From the NCBI GenBank assembly GCA_034780895.1, contig JAUZTB010000027.1:22076249-22140248 (forward strand): DNA of 64,000 nt. Reading direction: 5' to 3'. Under the pieces are notes generated by a model, which saw only the letters and a program-made list of their open reading frames with translations, searched no databases and was not told where the DNA came from. Within the stretch, counting starts at the first letter, position 1, and each line of letters starts with the position of its first letter. Shown one piece after another: positions 1 to 13,800 of the stretch. Origin of the DNA: Rhynchobatus australiae (taxonomy: Eukaryota). The position numbers and the translations under genes were made by a program.

Positions 1-139
1 GCCATGATTCAATCACCTCTACCTTCAAGGTATCTTGCATCACTTTATGTACCAACAGTTACAAAAACTTAATTCTGAAATTTCTGTATGGCTGTCAGGA
101 TGACTTTTTTTTAAAAAAAAGTAATGGCAACATGCATCA

Positions 140-1205
140 GGCTGCTGTTTATTGGTTACAGCTCAGCGTTCAACACCATCATCCCCTCACTATTAATCAA
201 CAAGCTCCAAAACATGGGTCTCTGTACCTCCACTCTGCAGCTGGATCCTCAGCTTCCTTATTGGGATACTACAGTCAGTGCAGATTGGTAATAACATCTC
301 ACCGACAATCAACACTGGCATCTCAAGGATGTGTGCTTAGCCTACTGCTATACTCTACTTATGACTGTGGCTAAGCGTAACTCGAGCGCCATCTATAAAT
401 TTGCTAATGACACCACTGTTGTTGGTAGAATCTCAGATGGTGACAAGGAGGTGTACAAGAGTGAGATTGCTGGTTGTGGTGTCACAAAAACAACCTCTCA
501 CTCGGTTGTCTGCAAGATCAAGGAATTGATTGTGGATTTCAGGAAGGGGAAGTCAGGAGAACTCATACCAGTCCTCGTTGAGGGTCAGTGGTAGAAAGAG
601 TGAGCAGCTTCAAGTTCCTGGGTGTCAATATCTCTGAGGATCTATCTTGGGCCTAACACATTGATGAAATCACGAAGGCCTGCCAGTGGCTCTACTTTGT
701 TAGGAGTTTGAGGGGATTTGATACGTCACCAAAGACTCTTACAAATTTCTATAGATGTATGGTGGAGAGCATTTTGACTGGTTGTATCGCAGCCTGGTAT
801 GGAGGCTCCAATCCACAGGATTGCAAGAGGCAGCAGAGGGTTGTAGACTCAGTCAGCTCCATCACTGGCACAACCCTTCCCACCACTGAGGACATCTTTA
901 GGAGGCTGTGCCTCAGGAAGGCAGCCTCCATCACTAAGGACCCTCGCCATTTGGGACATGCTGTCTTCTCATTACTATCGTTGGAGAGGAGATACAGGAG
1001 CCCGAAGACCCACATTCAACAATTCAGGAGCAGCTTCCTTCCCTCCATCTAATTTCTAAACTGTCCACGAACACTACTTTGTTATTCCCTTATTTTGCGC
1101 TATTTTATTTTGTAATTTATAGTAATTTTCTCTTTGAACTGTACTGTTGCCACGAAACAAATTTCATGATGTATAAGTCAGTGATAATAAATCTGATTCT
1201 GATGA
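140..1205 (+). mobile_element. Rex1/Babar-type LINE, 5'-truncated RT 3' portion, degenerate
   Basis: Frameshifted ORFs give IYKFANDTTVVGRISDGD (YADD-like RT motif), KELIVDFRK and LTNFYRCMVESILTGCIAAWYG, which are typical Rex/Babar motifs. Ends in an ATAAATCTGATTCTGAT tail. Confidence 0.85.
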
Positions 1206-2177
1206 ATCTGCTGTATTTTCCATCAAATCAACAACATACAGTGAGGAAAGTGCAAGTGAATTGCTGCTTCACTTGGAAGATTGTTCAGGTTCCTGGATGG
1301 GGAAAGATGGTGGGAAGAGGTAAAAGGTAAGGGTTTCATCTCCTGTGGTTGTATGAGAGTTCCTATACTCTTCAAAATAGTACTATGAAAACTTTTACAT
1401 TTGCATGAGAGGGAGAAGGGGCATCGCTTTAATGTCTAATCAGAAGGAAGACTCCTCCTGAGTGCTTCCCTGGTGTTGGCCTGATGTGTCATCCTGGACT
1501 TTTTTGCTCAAATCTCCACTTTGGGATTTGGAGCAAGTCCTGATTCAAATGAAAGTGCTACAAGGGAGTCACAGCTGGCATTGTGGAAGCACTTGTGTTG
1601 CTATTTCAAAATAAAAAGCAGAGGTATAGCTATTTTTTTTAATCCATGAGTGCATCACACAAAAATCATTCCGTACTGTTAGTTTGGAAATAAAATATTT
1701 TTTAAAAATTGCTAGAAATACTGAGTTAATATCTGTGGAGTGAAAAATACTTTGACCTTTTTGAGAATTGTGAATTGCAATGATTTGATACATTCACACT
1801 TTAGTATTGTTGGTTTGGTGTATAGGTTTAAATGTCATCTTTAGAATGCTTATATTCACTGTCCAAATTCTCTGCTGTTTGAATGCATCTGCCTTGATAA
1901 TTATGATGCTAGAGAGGGAGTGGGGTAGTTGCTTTTGAATGGAGATTCCTGGAAATACTGGGAACAGAGGTTCTGTTGGATTTAAGATTCTTGTCTTGGC
2001 CTATCCAATCCCAACCTGTGATTCACTTTCTTGGACATCTATTTTCATTTTTCAAAACCATGGATGTGTAACTAATTGAACCATGGGTGGATTACATGTT
2101 AATATGGAGGAGGGGGAAGCAGAGGTATAAAGGAATGTTTTTTTTCACTTTACATTTTCTTGTTTTGTGTTTACTAG

Positions 2178-2286
2178 GTTCCTGAGAGGTTTGCCATTAA
2201 ATTCAGTCCCTCTTCCAGAGCTGCTGAAGTCCAACATCCACATGGATCCAATTAAGGGTGGCATTCGATACATCATTAACACTCAA
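2178..2286 (+). CDS. MVD: Diphosphomevalonate decarboxylase, penultimate coding exon (109 bp)
   Basis: ttactag|...|gtaac exon encoding FLRGLPLNSVPLPELLKSNIHMDPIKGGIRYIINTQ, which resembles the vertebrate MVD C-terminal segment (FLKGL...MEPTPGGVKYII.TQ). It lies upstream of CYBA on the same strand, as in human. Confidence 0.85.
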
Positions 2287-2479
2287 GTAACTGTTCAAAG
2301 CAATATCTTTTATGGCTTCCTTTCTCCTGCTTTTTGTCCTTGGTTCCAGAACTCTACACGAAAATATTTCATTCAGGCTCTTCCCTGCATAGTAAATCCA
2401 CATCTTAAGAACAAGGCCTTGTCTCTGATTTGACTATCTCTGTTCATGTTGAATTGGTTTACAAAAATAGTTACTATCA

Positions 2480-3300
2480 AAAATGTAGAGGGCATGATTG
2501 TCAATGTATTAATAGTAAGGAAGAAAGTTGCAATTAGCAGGAACACATCAATGGACTGGTCAGATGGACAAAAGAAGTAGCAAATAGAAGGCAGTGCAGA
2601 GAACACGAGCTAATGCATTTGGGGAAGATGCAAGGCATAAGGATTGTGCAATAAATGGTAGGGTGCTGCACACAGATAATCAGAGGGCAACCCTGTCTAC
2701 AGATCTCTGAAGGAAGGACAAGGTGGTTTAGAGGGATCAGTATACTTTATTGGCCAAACCGTAGATTAAGAGCAGGAGGTCATGCTGGCAATGTTTTTAA
2801 AAACAAAATGGCTGGAGAACTGCATGGTTCTGTTCACCTCATTGTAGGGAAAAATATGATAGCATTAAAGGGTATAGAGAAGATTTACAACGGTGAAGTC
2901 TAAAGAGAGATTGATCATGCTCAGATTGTTTTCATTGGACCAAAGGAAGCTAATGAGGGATTTGTGCAAGGTGCGTTAAATTATAAGGTGTAAACAAAAT
3001 GAATAGGAAACAAAACTGATTTAGGAGAAATGTCAAAAAATTGGGAGATATGAATTTTAAGATAATTGGTGCTAGGATAAGAGGGAAGATGAAGAAAAAT
3101 GTTCTTATCCAAAGTGGGGTTCTGGAACTCCACCCTGTGAACACAGAAACCCTGAATGCGGTTTTGAAAAAAAAAACACAATTTGGATAAACACTTAAAT
3201 TGTCTTCACCTGCAAGGTCAAGAACTGAGTTGAGAATTGTGTAAATAATAGACTCGATGGATAGAACAGAATCCAGTGGTTTTTAGGGTTTTTTCTTTCA
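2480..3300 (+). mobile_element. Highly decayed CR1 LINE 3' fragment
   Basis: Residual CR1 RT C-terminal and 3' UTR-like nucleotide motifs (LFSL.QRKL.RDL-like), with many stops. Confidence 0.55.
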
Positions 3301-3439
3301 CTTGCAACCTAGTTGCCCTAATTTTTTCCATATAATTTGGGCTTGATATCATTTCTATGACTGACAGATATGCTTTGTATTTTGTCCCTACTCTCCTAGT
3401 AAGAATCCTAAAACTGCACAAAATTCCAGGTGATCTTTT

Positions 3440-4800
3440 TAATTTTGTACGTAGCTACAGAGATGGTGGATGTGTTGGTTGTAATCTATATAAATTCTTT
3501 GGATTCTAGAGAGGCCCAAGGAGAAAACCTCACATGTAGTACCATTATTGAAGAGAGAAATAAAATCAGGAAACTATAGATCAGTTAGCCTAACGTGTCA
3601 TTAGGAAAAATGCTGAAATCCATTATAAAGGAGGTAATAGTGGGACATTTAGAAAATCATAGCATGGTCAATTGGACTGAAGTTGGTTTTACAAAAGGGA
3701 AATCCTGTTTGATAAATATGCAAGAGTCGTGTCAAGACGCAACAAATAAGATGGATACAGCGAAACCAGTACTGCAATGTATTTGGATTTCTGAAAAGCC
3801 TTTGATTAAAGCCATATAAAAGGTTACTGCACAAGATGAGAATGCACAGGTTTGGGATAATTTATTGGTGTGGATAGGGGAGTGGTTGCGGAACAGAAAA
3901 TAAAGCAGCAATAAATGCCTTACTTTTGGATTGGCAATCAATAACTAGCCAGGTGCCCAAGGAATCAGTGCTGGACATCTACTCTAACCTATATTAATTA
4001 GGTGAATAAAGGGACTGAGTGTACCTCGCTAAACTTGATGATACAGAAATGTGGTTGAGGAAGTTGTGAGAAGGATGCAGACTAAAGGGATATAGAAAGG
4101 GGGAAGATGTTGGCAGATGGAGTATGATGTGAGGTTATCAGTTTTGGAAGGAAGAATGAAAAGGTGCATTATTATATATAGACCATAAAATGTCTGCAAT
4201 AGAAAGAGATTGGGTCCCTCGTACGTGAAATACAGCAATTAATTAGGAAGGCTAATGCAAGGTTGGCCTTTATTGCAGGCAGTATGGAACATAAGTATTG
4301 ATGTGACTGCACCTGGAGTACAGCTTGCGTATTTACAGAAGGGTGTGTTTGCATTGGAGGCAGTGCAGAGAAGGTTCATTTAGGTTGATTCCTGGAATGA
4401 AGGAGATAACATTTGAAGAAAAGTTGAACCTATGCTCATTGGAGTGTGGAAGAATGAGGGATCCTCATGAAACTTGAAGGGTGGATGCTAGAAGGATTGC
4501 CATAACCAGGGTATCTAGCACCAGAGGACATCTTAGTTTCAGAATAAGAGTTCACCTATTTCTAATGTAAATGAGGAATTGCTTCTCTGACAGCGAACTT
4601 TTAGAATTTTCTATCCTAAAGAGCTATGGAGGTGGGAGTCATTGAATACATTCATGGCATTATTGATATATTTAAACTATAGAGCAGTGTTGGAGGGGGG
4701 TTGGCGGAGAGCAGGAAAGCATGGTTGAGGCCAAGGTTAGATTTGCAGTGCTATTATTGATTGGCAAAGCTGGCAATCAATGATACTACTTGACCACTTG
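3440..4800 (+). mobile_element. Decayed CR1 LINE RT fragment
   Basis: GKMLKSIIKEVIVGHLE...GFTKGKSCLIN matches the CR1 RT start. Later EAVQRRF..LIPGMK-like segment. Confidence 0.8.
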
Positions 4801-7239
4801 TGTTCATATACTGTGTATACTGTTTCTCTTGGAATAAACTCAAATCCTATTTGTCATCCTAATTGTTTATGCCTGGAAAAAAAAATCAACAATCACATTT
4901 ACGCTTGTCTTTTTTCCTTTGGTAGATGAATAAATTTGCAATAACTTTCATTTTATTTTGTGTTCCCACATTGAAATGTCTTTCATCTTTCAGTTTTCAG
5001 TATTGAATTGTATTTACTTCTGTCTCTAAAATGCCAGCTTTCCCTTTTTATGACAGGCTCTCCTTTTCTCAAACTATTTCTTATCCAGAACATAATTAAA
5101 TGCTTTCCAGAAACTGATACTACTTCAGAAATTTTCTTGTTTGTCAAACATAAACTACAGTACATCAGTCCATATTAATGATTTCTAATTTTAGTGCATT
5201 CCTTTGTTCTGTCAACCTTGTCAAAAAACAAGTGAATAATGTACTAATTAGTCACCCACTCCATTGACTGCTAGTGAGTTTTGAAAAAATTGCCTCAATA
5301 GCCTGCATTTACGAAATGGGTTAAGTTGAATAAGGTTAAAATTGTTTCCTTGAGAGAATTCTTTTTTTTGTCCCACTTNNNNNNNNNNNNNNNNNNNNNN
5401 NNNNNNNNNNNNNNNNNNNNNNNNNNNNNNNNNNNNNNNNNNNNNNNNNNNNNNNNNNNNNNNNNNNNNNNNNNNNNNNNNNNNNNNNNNNNNNNNNNNN
5501 NNNNNNNNNNNNNNNNNNNNNNNNNNNNNNNNNNNNNNNNNNNNNNNNNNNNNNNNNNNNNNNNNNNNNNNNNNNNNNNNNNNNNNNNNNNNNNNNNNNN
5601 NNNNNNNNNNNNNNNNNNNNNNNNNNNNNNNNNNNNNNNNNNNNNNNNNNNNNNNNNNNNNNNNNNNNNNNNNNNNNNNNNNNNNNNNNNNNNNNNNNNN
5701 NNNNNNNNNNNNNNNNNNNNNNNNNNNNNNNNNNNNNNNNNNNNNNNNNNNNNNNNNNNNNNNNNNNNNNNNNNNNNNNNNNNNNNNNNNNNNNNNNNNN
5801 NNNNNNNNNNNNNNNNNNNNNNNNNNNNNNNNNNNNNNNNNNNNNNNNNNNNNNNNNNNNNNNNNNNNNNNNNNNNNNNNNNNNNNNNNNNNNNNNNNNN
5901 NNNNNNNNNNNNNNNNNNNNNNNNNNNNNNNNNNNNNNNNNNNNNNNNNNNNNNNNNNNNNNNNNNNNNNNNNNNNNNNNNNNNNNNNNNNNNNNNNNNN
6001 NNNNNNNNNNNNNNNNNNNNNNNNNNNNNNNNNNNNNNNNNNNNNNNNNNNNNNNNNNNNNNNNNNNNNNNNNNNNNNNNNNNNNNNNNNNNNNNNNNNN
6101 NNNNNNNNNNNNNNNNNNNNNNNNNNNNNNNNNNNNNNNNNNNNNNNNNNNNTGAGGATCCTGGACTTGTGTAATAAGAGTTTCACTTGGGTGTATCCTG
6201 CTGATATGCAAAATGATTAGATGCACATCTGGAAGTTCCCTTTATAATTTTAACAAGGGGATATTCCTGTGACTTATTACTGTGGTCTACAGTATTTCCT
6301 TTGAATACACATCATTGAAATAACCGAAAACCAAACCACTGTAGGATGCATTTTGGAACCATAAATGTGATAAATTTTGCTCTTCAGAAAGTTATCTGCT
6401 TAATTTGCTCTAATGTTCAACCAGGCTGACACTTCTTTTCCAAAGAAAATATAAAACTATTTAAATGCAGAAGAGTAAGAGGTGTCAGAAAAGTTTAAAA
6501 TGCCTTTACTAACCTAAAAATAGAATGTAATGGTACTCCTGGAAGAAAAGCTGTAACGTGCACTTACTGAGGAGGAAATTGTTATTTGTATGCATGTTCT
6601 GTGATTTAAATTGGAAAGTGATTACCTGTTGCTTTGATTTTAAAGATGTACTTTCTCAGGATTATTGGCATCTTATAGTTTTATTATATTCTGGTAACTT
6701 ACAAGGAAATGGTTTTATTCACCATTTAAATCCATGCTTTCTCCCCACTGTGGCAAAAAATGCAACTTGAGTTCATCCCCTGATTTACTTGTGGCTTTAA
6801 GCCATAAGTTGGAAAATCATTTACCTCCACTAGTTGTCTTTTATTGTGTAGCGTAATTCGCACTGATAAGCCAACATTCTACCACAAAACAACAGAACAT
6901 TGTTATAACTGTACATGTTAGTTTGCATAATTTTTCTGATTTTTGTATTTCCCATTTTGTTTGACCCAATTTTAGTAAGTTGTAAATGCCAAACAGTATT
7001 TAAATAAATTTGATTTAATGCAGAAACTAAGGAAAAATTAATCTAAGGAAGCTGCAATAACTATATTTTTATAATATAACTGATGCATTGGTGAACTTTG
7101 CACATCAGATGAAAAGAGAAATTTTAGTTTCTCAGCAAACAACACTTTCCTGATATGAAAACCTCATTTTGCTATCAGGTAAAGCACAAACTTGAGGTTG
7201 AGCAAAACTAAGTTTTATCAAGCTTTTAGAATGTTTTGA

Positions 7240-7440
7240 AGACCAAAGTGATTGCAGATACTGGAATCTGAAACCAAAAATGGAATGTTGGAAGAACTCG
7301 GCAGGTCAAGTAGCACTTGTGGAAGCAAAGGTGTTGATGTTTCGGGTCGACACCCTAAATCAGGACTGAGGAAAGACTCTGGTAAGTGATAGGTAGAATC
7401 AAATGGGGAGAAGATGATGGATAGATGGACCTGGGGGGTT
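7240..7440 (-). mobile_element. Penelope-derived 3'-end repeat with degenerate hammerhead motif
   Basis: Reverse complement reads cagtcctgatttagggtgtcgacccgaaacatcaac...cttgacctgccgagttcttccaaca, the same family as 32640-32770. Confidence 0.65.
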
Positions 7441-9399
7441 GGGGTTTGTGTGTGTATACATGTGTGTACACACCAGTGCTGTGAATGACCTGATTGTTCA
7501 GAAGTTCCCAGGTATTGGTGGGGATATTGCACTTTAAGGAAGCTTTGAGTACGCTTAAACTGCAAAACCAGAAAATAACTGGCATGAAAATTAAAACCCT
7601 TTTAAATGAATGAACATAGGAATATGAGAAAAAATACTATTTTGTATTCTGCTCTGAATCTATTTTCTGGGTTTGGAATATCTTGACCAGTATTGATATC
7701 CAGCAGGGTAATGGGTACCTTTTGATCATAAGCAGCACATTCTCTCTTATTTTTTTTAAAGTAGCAAGTTTCATTTCAGAACTCCTTTCTGATTTAATGG
7801 AACAAGCATTAAATAAATGAACAAAAATTAGTACTGGGTCTTTGAAAGAAAGATAATAAATGCAAACTCCCTGAATTATTACTTCATAGTTAACCTTTTT
7901 ATAGCTGCGAGCATATTTTTCCTTATCGCTTTAGGAGTATATGAAGTAGGATGATCTGACAGTTTCCAATATTGTGTAATGATTAAAAAGTTCCTCCTCC
8001 CAAATACAGTACTTGAGATGTTGTAACTTTAAAATTGTTCCTTTTTAGCTAAGTCATATGACTGACAAGTTATTAGCAATCCTTAAATTTGAATCATATA
8101 GCTTGGTTATTCATTTGAATCTTTGGCCTTGGAGACAATAGAATACATCCTCAAAATTTGAATTAGGCTAGATCCATTGGGATGAAATTTCACCTCAACA
8201 AAATGGGTGATAAATCAGCTGTTTGCATACTTTTAGAAGTTGATGGAAAAGGAAATTGATAGGGATGTTAAATGATTTTTTTAAATTCACTATTAGCCAT
8301 TTTGTGTAATGCACTTTCAACATTACCTCCCCACATCTTCCAAGATTTTGAATGTGGTGTACTTTTAAACTTCCTTATCAGACTGGATTAAAGGCACAGC
8401 TACCCAATCAAAGCTTGGGAATAATAGCACCAATTTCTAGCTACAAAATTAATTCTCTCAAATATTCATGCTCCTTTGAGATCTATGGTGACCATTGAAT
8501 AAGATGAGCAGGCCTTAGGATTGTCATGTCATAAAATTTACTGTCCTTGAGGGAGAGTAGTAAACCAGAAGGGTTTTAACAATCCTGTACTTATACTGTC
8601 AGCACCATTCCTTTTTTTTTATATTCCAGTATTTTTATTCACTGAGTGCAACTTCCAAGACCTACCATGGGTACGATTTGGACTCACACTGTTAGATCAT
8701 TAATCTGAGTGTTTGTATTACATCCTGCACTGTAAGTGCAATTTGCTGGCAATAAAACCCAAAACTGCTTAAGACACACAGGAAATCTGTTGAAAGAACA
8801 TGCAAGTTGATGTTCCATCAAAACTTAAGACTTCACATCTAAGTTGTCAGCTTGTCAGTTTTCTCCAAATATGTTAATAGATCTGTGTTTACTTACTTTG
8901 TTCTCTCCTAAGTTTCCACCTTCAATGTTCTTGAGAAAATAAGGACATTTGGTTCTTTTTTAAAAATCTATGGCAACAGGACCAAAGATTTTATTCATTT
9001 TCATTATCTGTGGTGGCAAGACCAGTATTTATTACTGAGTGCAATTGGCCTTGAGAAGGTGGCAGTGAAACATAAGATACTGGTGACTGTACTCCCACAG
9101 TGCTATTGGGTAGAGAATGCCAGGGTTTAGACACAGTAATGATGAATTAATGTCGTATCTTCAAGTCGGGATAGTGTACAACTTGGAGGGGAACCTGCAG
9201 ATTGTGGTGTTTCCATGCTGCTCTTGTCTGTCTTGATGGTTAAGGTTGTAGTTCTGGGAGGTGCACAGAGTTCCTAGATGTGACATGGGGAGAATAAAGG
9301 GGAGGCAGAATCTAGGAAGCTAAGAAAAAGGTTAACAGCAGATTCTCAAAGATAATCTCGCCTTTCTCCTCTCCCCCCCCCCCCCCATCCTTTTAGTCG

Positions 9400-9853
9400 T
9401 CATGGTAGACAACACACACTGTGCCATCGGCGCGCTGAGAAGGATGAGGTTGAGTCAGCGAGTGTGTGCCCGGCCGCGCACCTGCGCTGGGCTTCGGGCA
9501 GCGAGCGCTCCCGACACAAAACACAAAACTTCCTCTTTCTGCGGTCGCTCGGGCAAGTTTGTTGACAACGCCCAGGTGTACTCCCGATTGGTCACGTCGT
9601 GAGGGAAGAGGAGGACATGACGAGAAATTTCAGGGGGCTGCGGTGCAACGTCAGTAAACTAAATTCCAGCAGGAGAGGATCGCAGCTTGAGCCCGGGAGC
9701 GGCAGTGATCGGATCGTGGGGAGCAGCTAGTCCGCCGACCATGGGGAAGATCGAGTGGGCCATGTGGGCAAACGAGCAGGCACTGGCCGCCGGCCTCAGT
9801 GAGTAAACCCGCCTTCGGCCAAACTCCGTAACACTTCCCGCGACCTCCCTGAT
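9400..9853 (+). promoter_or_regulatory. CpG-rich CYBA promoter and first exon
   Basis: The most CpG-dense non-repeat stretch in the window. PU.1/ETS-like box (AAAGAGGAAGTT on the minus strand, 9527-9538), inverted CCAAT (ATTGG 9587-9591), strong Kozak context gccgaccATGG. Confidence 0.75.
9741..9798 (+). CDS. CYBA: Cytochrome b-245 light chain (p22phox), coding exon 1
   Basis: MGKIEWAMWANEQALAAGL followed by a gtgagt donor; 58 bp. Confidence 0.97.
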
Positions 9854-10464
9854 NNNNNNNNNNNNNNNNNNNNNNNNNNNNNNNNNNNNNNNNNNNNNNN
9901 NNNNNNNNNNNNNNNNNNNNNNNNNNNNNNNNNNNNNNNNNNNNNNNNNNNNNNNNNNNNNNNNNNNNNNNNNNNNNNNNNNNNNNNNNNNNNNNNNNNN
10001 NNNNNNNNNNNNNNNNNNNNNNNNNNNNNNNNNNNNNNNNNNNNNNNNNNNNNNNNNNNNNNNNNNNNNNNNNNNNNNNNNNNNNNNNNNNNNNNNNNNN
10101 NNNNNNNNNNNNNNNNNNNNNNNNNNNNNNNNNNNNNNNNNNNNNNNNNNNNNNNNNNNNNNNNNNNNNNNNNNNNNNNNNNNNNNNNNNNNNNNNNNNN
10201 NNNNNNNNNNNNNNNNNNNNNNNNNNNNNNNNNNNNNNNNNNNNNNNNNNNNNNNNNNNNNNNNNNNNNNNNNNNNNNNNNNNNNNNNNNNNNNNNNNNN
10301 NNNNNNNNNNNNNNNNNNNNNNNNNNNNNNNNNNNNNNNNNNNNNNNNNNNNNNNNNNNNNNNNNNNNNNNNNNNNNNNNNNNNNNNNNNNNNNNNNNNN
10401 NNNNNNNNNNNNNNNNNNNNNNNNNNNNNNNNNNNNNNNNNNNNNNNNNNNNNNNNNNNNNNNN

Positions 10465-10640
10465 NTCCCACATTCCAAAGATGTATAGGTTGGGAAGTTG
10501 TGGGCGTGCTATGTTGGCGCTGGAAGCGTGGCGACATTTGTGGGCTGCCCCCCGGACACTCTACGCAAAGATGTATTTCACTGTGTGTTTTGATGTACAT
10601 ATGACTAATAAAGATATCTTGTCTTATCATCTTGTCTTTT
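10465..10640 (+). mobile_element. SINE/LINE 3' end next to an assembly gap
   Basis: tcccacattccaaag (V-SINE core-like) followed by an AATAAAG and atcttgtctt repeat tail. Confidence 0.55.
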
Positions 10641-10789
10641 GTACCAAGTTCCCAGTTCAGTAATTCCACCCTGTATTTGAACAACATTCAGGTGTCTGTC
10701 AGTTTTTATATGATTTTTAGATTGGGATGTAATCTCGCTGTTTTTGCATGTTTGACCCTAATTTTATCACTTGTATTTCCTTATTATAG

Positions 10790-10859
10790 TTCTGTTGATC
10801 GGAGGTATAGTGGGAGTGGCCGGGCAGTTTAAAGGCTGGGAGTTTGCAGCGTATGGCAT
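10790..10859 (+). CDS. CYBA: CYBA exon 2
   Basis: tatag|...|gtatcc; encodes (I)LLIGGIVGVAGQFKGWEFAAYG(I); 70 bp, frame-compatible with exons 1 and 3. Confidence 0.96.
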
Positions 10860-13800
10860 GTATCCTTTTCCTTATGGGGAGACTCTGTGACTACATCTGC
10901 TTTAAAGAACCTGTCATACTGAATATTGTGCAATGCGTATAAAGTTTAATGCAAAATCTGAATCTGTTGCTAAGTATTTGTAAATTTACTCTGAAGAATG
11001 GAACGATCATGTAGAGATAACGTGGACTTTTTGTGTTGTGTACCACCTGTAGATTCCATTCTCTCTTTACAACCTGTCCTTTTTCTTGACTCCATGTTGG
11101 TGCTCCTCTCACTTCTTCAAAAGGCAAACTTTTTCCACAATAACGGCAAGTTGAAGCAAGATCTGTTAATTGATGAAGAAAATTATGTTACATCAGATTA
11201 ATGTAGAAATTGAATTTTATTTGAAATCAAAGAGCACACTGCAGGTGATGCCTATTTCAGAATTTTGGATTCTGGTGGTTCCAAGGACAGAGCTGTGTGG
11301 TTTCCCACTCATTAATCCTTGTGTGATTCTTCTGGCTCTCAGCACATCAAATAGAATAGAGGCAATATTAACTGCACTTATAAGTCAGAACAAAGGTACT
11401 CCATATGAAATGAGAGATGGTAGAAGATTTTAATTCCATAGCTTGCTGGAATGGCACAGCAGTTGAGTTAAAATGTAAGTGGTGTTCTGTTCTGCTGGCA
11501 TTCCTCCTTGTTGTTGTGTTGTTCACCAGAGCAATGTGATTGCTTCTTAAAGGTTCTCTGAAATAGTCCAACAAGTTGCTTGATTCTATTGAAATCTTCG
11601 CTAGGCAGTGGTTCAAGAAGGTGGATCCCGAAGTTTGTGGGCTTCACTGGCATAGGGAGCAACTACTGCNNNNNNNNNNNNNNNNNNNNNNNNNNNNNNN
11701 NNNNNNNNNNNNNNNNNNNNNNNNNNNNNNNNNNNNNNNNNNNNNNNNNNNNNNNNNNNNNNNNNNNNNGATTAATGGTAGGCAGTAGTTGCTCCCTATG
11801 CCAGTGAAGCCCACGAACTTTGTCTTAAAGGTAAAACAAGACTAACAAAATATTTATTGATCCGGTTCCTGTGATGTGTATAAAAATCCTATTGCCATTT
11901 TGAGTTCTTAAAACAATTATTTGCATTTCTATAGCACCTTTTTTTAAACATAGACAAATGTTCCAAGATGCTTCTTGGTGTATTAGCAAACAAAATTAAC
12001 ATTGAGCGAAAGAGATATTAAGGAAATGTAGGCAAAAGATTGGCTAAAGAAGTCTATTTTTAAGTCATTAAAAGTAAGGCTAAGGAGTTTAAGGAGGGAT
12101 TTCAGTATTTGATGCCTAAGTAACTGAAGACAGCTCAGGAATGAGGAATCAAAACTGGAGAAAACTCGAGCAAGGTTCAGTGATAATGGCCAGGGTGTAA
12201 ACGGTGAACATCAGTGTTGGAGCACCAGTGTGCAGCTCAATGCCTCTGTGTTAATGAGGACATAACGTCAAATTGAGTCACAGTGGCAGCTCTTGGTCTG
12301 TATCATAACTTTCTCCCTGTTTTATTCCAGACCCCTTGAGATAAATACCAACATTCAATAAGTACTGTTTAATAACTTCTTTTGGTGCTTGCCCACAAAC
12401 TGTTGGCAGTTTATGTAAACTCATTGTCCATCCACAACTCTAAATTTTTCAACTTACTTCAGTCAAAGTGGGTGATATCAGACTTCTCATGTTGGGATCA
12501 CTCATCACACTTTCCTCCTCTCACTTAATTTGTCATCCTCCATTTATAACATCTTGCTTCTATCTACACTATTTACTGTGCCTCCCATCTTAGGAATGTG
12601 TACAGACTTGGGTATATACCTTTATTCATCTATAAATAGCAGTGGAACACTGAGGCACCAGTACAGGTTCCAGGAGATTATGAATTGTCACACCTTGACT
12701 GTCAACGTTTGAACCCCTTTTACCTTATCTTTCTCCACAGCCAATGAGGTACTTCTGAAATGTAATTTTCTTAGTAATGTAGTGAGACCTGGCAGCCAAT
12801 TTGCATTCAAAGCTTGATGTGCAGAAATGAGAGTCATATTTGGTAGTGTTAGTTGAGTAAATCTGATCAGGATTTTTTTTTTGGGGGGGGGGAGGGAGGA
12901 GGAGGAGGCACAGAAAGAAAGCAGGGGTGGAAGGAAGCCATCGCTCTTCTTTGAGGTGACATGGCCCTCATCCCAGCAGAAGCTGCAACCTTAATGCAGC
13001 ATTCAGTCGGGCCCTAAACCACCAGCCTTCACTTCAAAGTATCTTAAATGCAAATCTTTCAGTCTTGGTGACTCATAGTACCAAGAAGAAAGAGGGTGTG
13101 TTTTCCAATAAAGACAGAAGTTTTTAGATATGCTCAGTGGGGAATAAAAAACAAGATGTAGGCTCATTTACTGGTTGACTTGGGTTCCTTCTGTCTTCCT
13201 TGTGGGTGTCCAGTTTAGAATGCTCCAAGTTAACAATGTAAATAATGAAAGTTAACAACTCTTTGCAACATAGGTACACAATGTATCCCTTATAATTAAC
13301 TAAACCTGCCAACTGCCACATTGTCAGGCCATTGGCTTTGCATTTTTCAGGGTTACAGTGATAGTGTTGCTTATTCCTCATCAAATAATTGTCTGAAATC
13401 ATTAGCAATCGATTAGTAGTGATAAGTTCCACTTTTTGTCAAGCAGATGTCCAGCATGTCATCCCAGAAAAATTGGAACATTGTCAAGCAATCAACACAT
13501 GTCTCTGCCAGAGCAGTTTCCAGGTGGAAGGGTTGAAGGTTGGGAGAAGGATTCTGGTCTATTCACTGTTCCTAGAACTATGACATTGGCCTGAGCCATT
13601 CTGCTTATTGTATGTGTGTATATAGTTAGAGGTAAGATTGACAAGTTGTTCCAAATACTCACTATTCCCATCTGATATGTTGTTTTGGAGCATAATATCC
13701 ATGCTATTGCTGGGGATTTCATTGGAAGGAGGGGTTATGATGGACAGGGAGGCTTCCCTGTTTATCTTCAATGTTTTTAGGAGCAAGATTTATGTGCAAG

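Noticed and set aside
5248-6226. Long ORFs of 200-350 aa in the ORF track (also near 9.7-10.7k, 21.2-22.3k and 32.7-33.4k)
   Set aside because: They are runs of N translated as X, i.e. assembly gaps.
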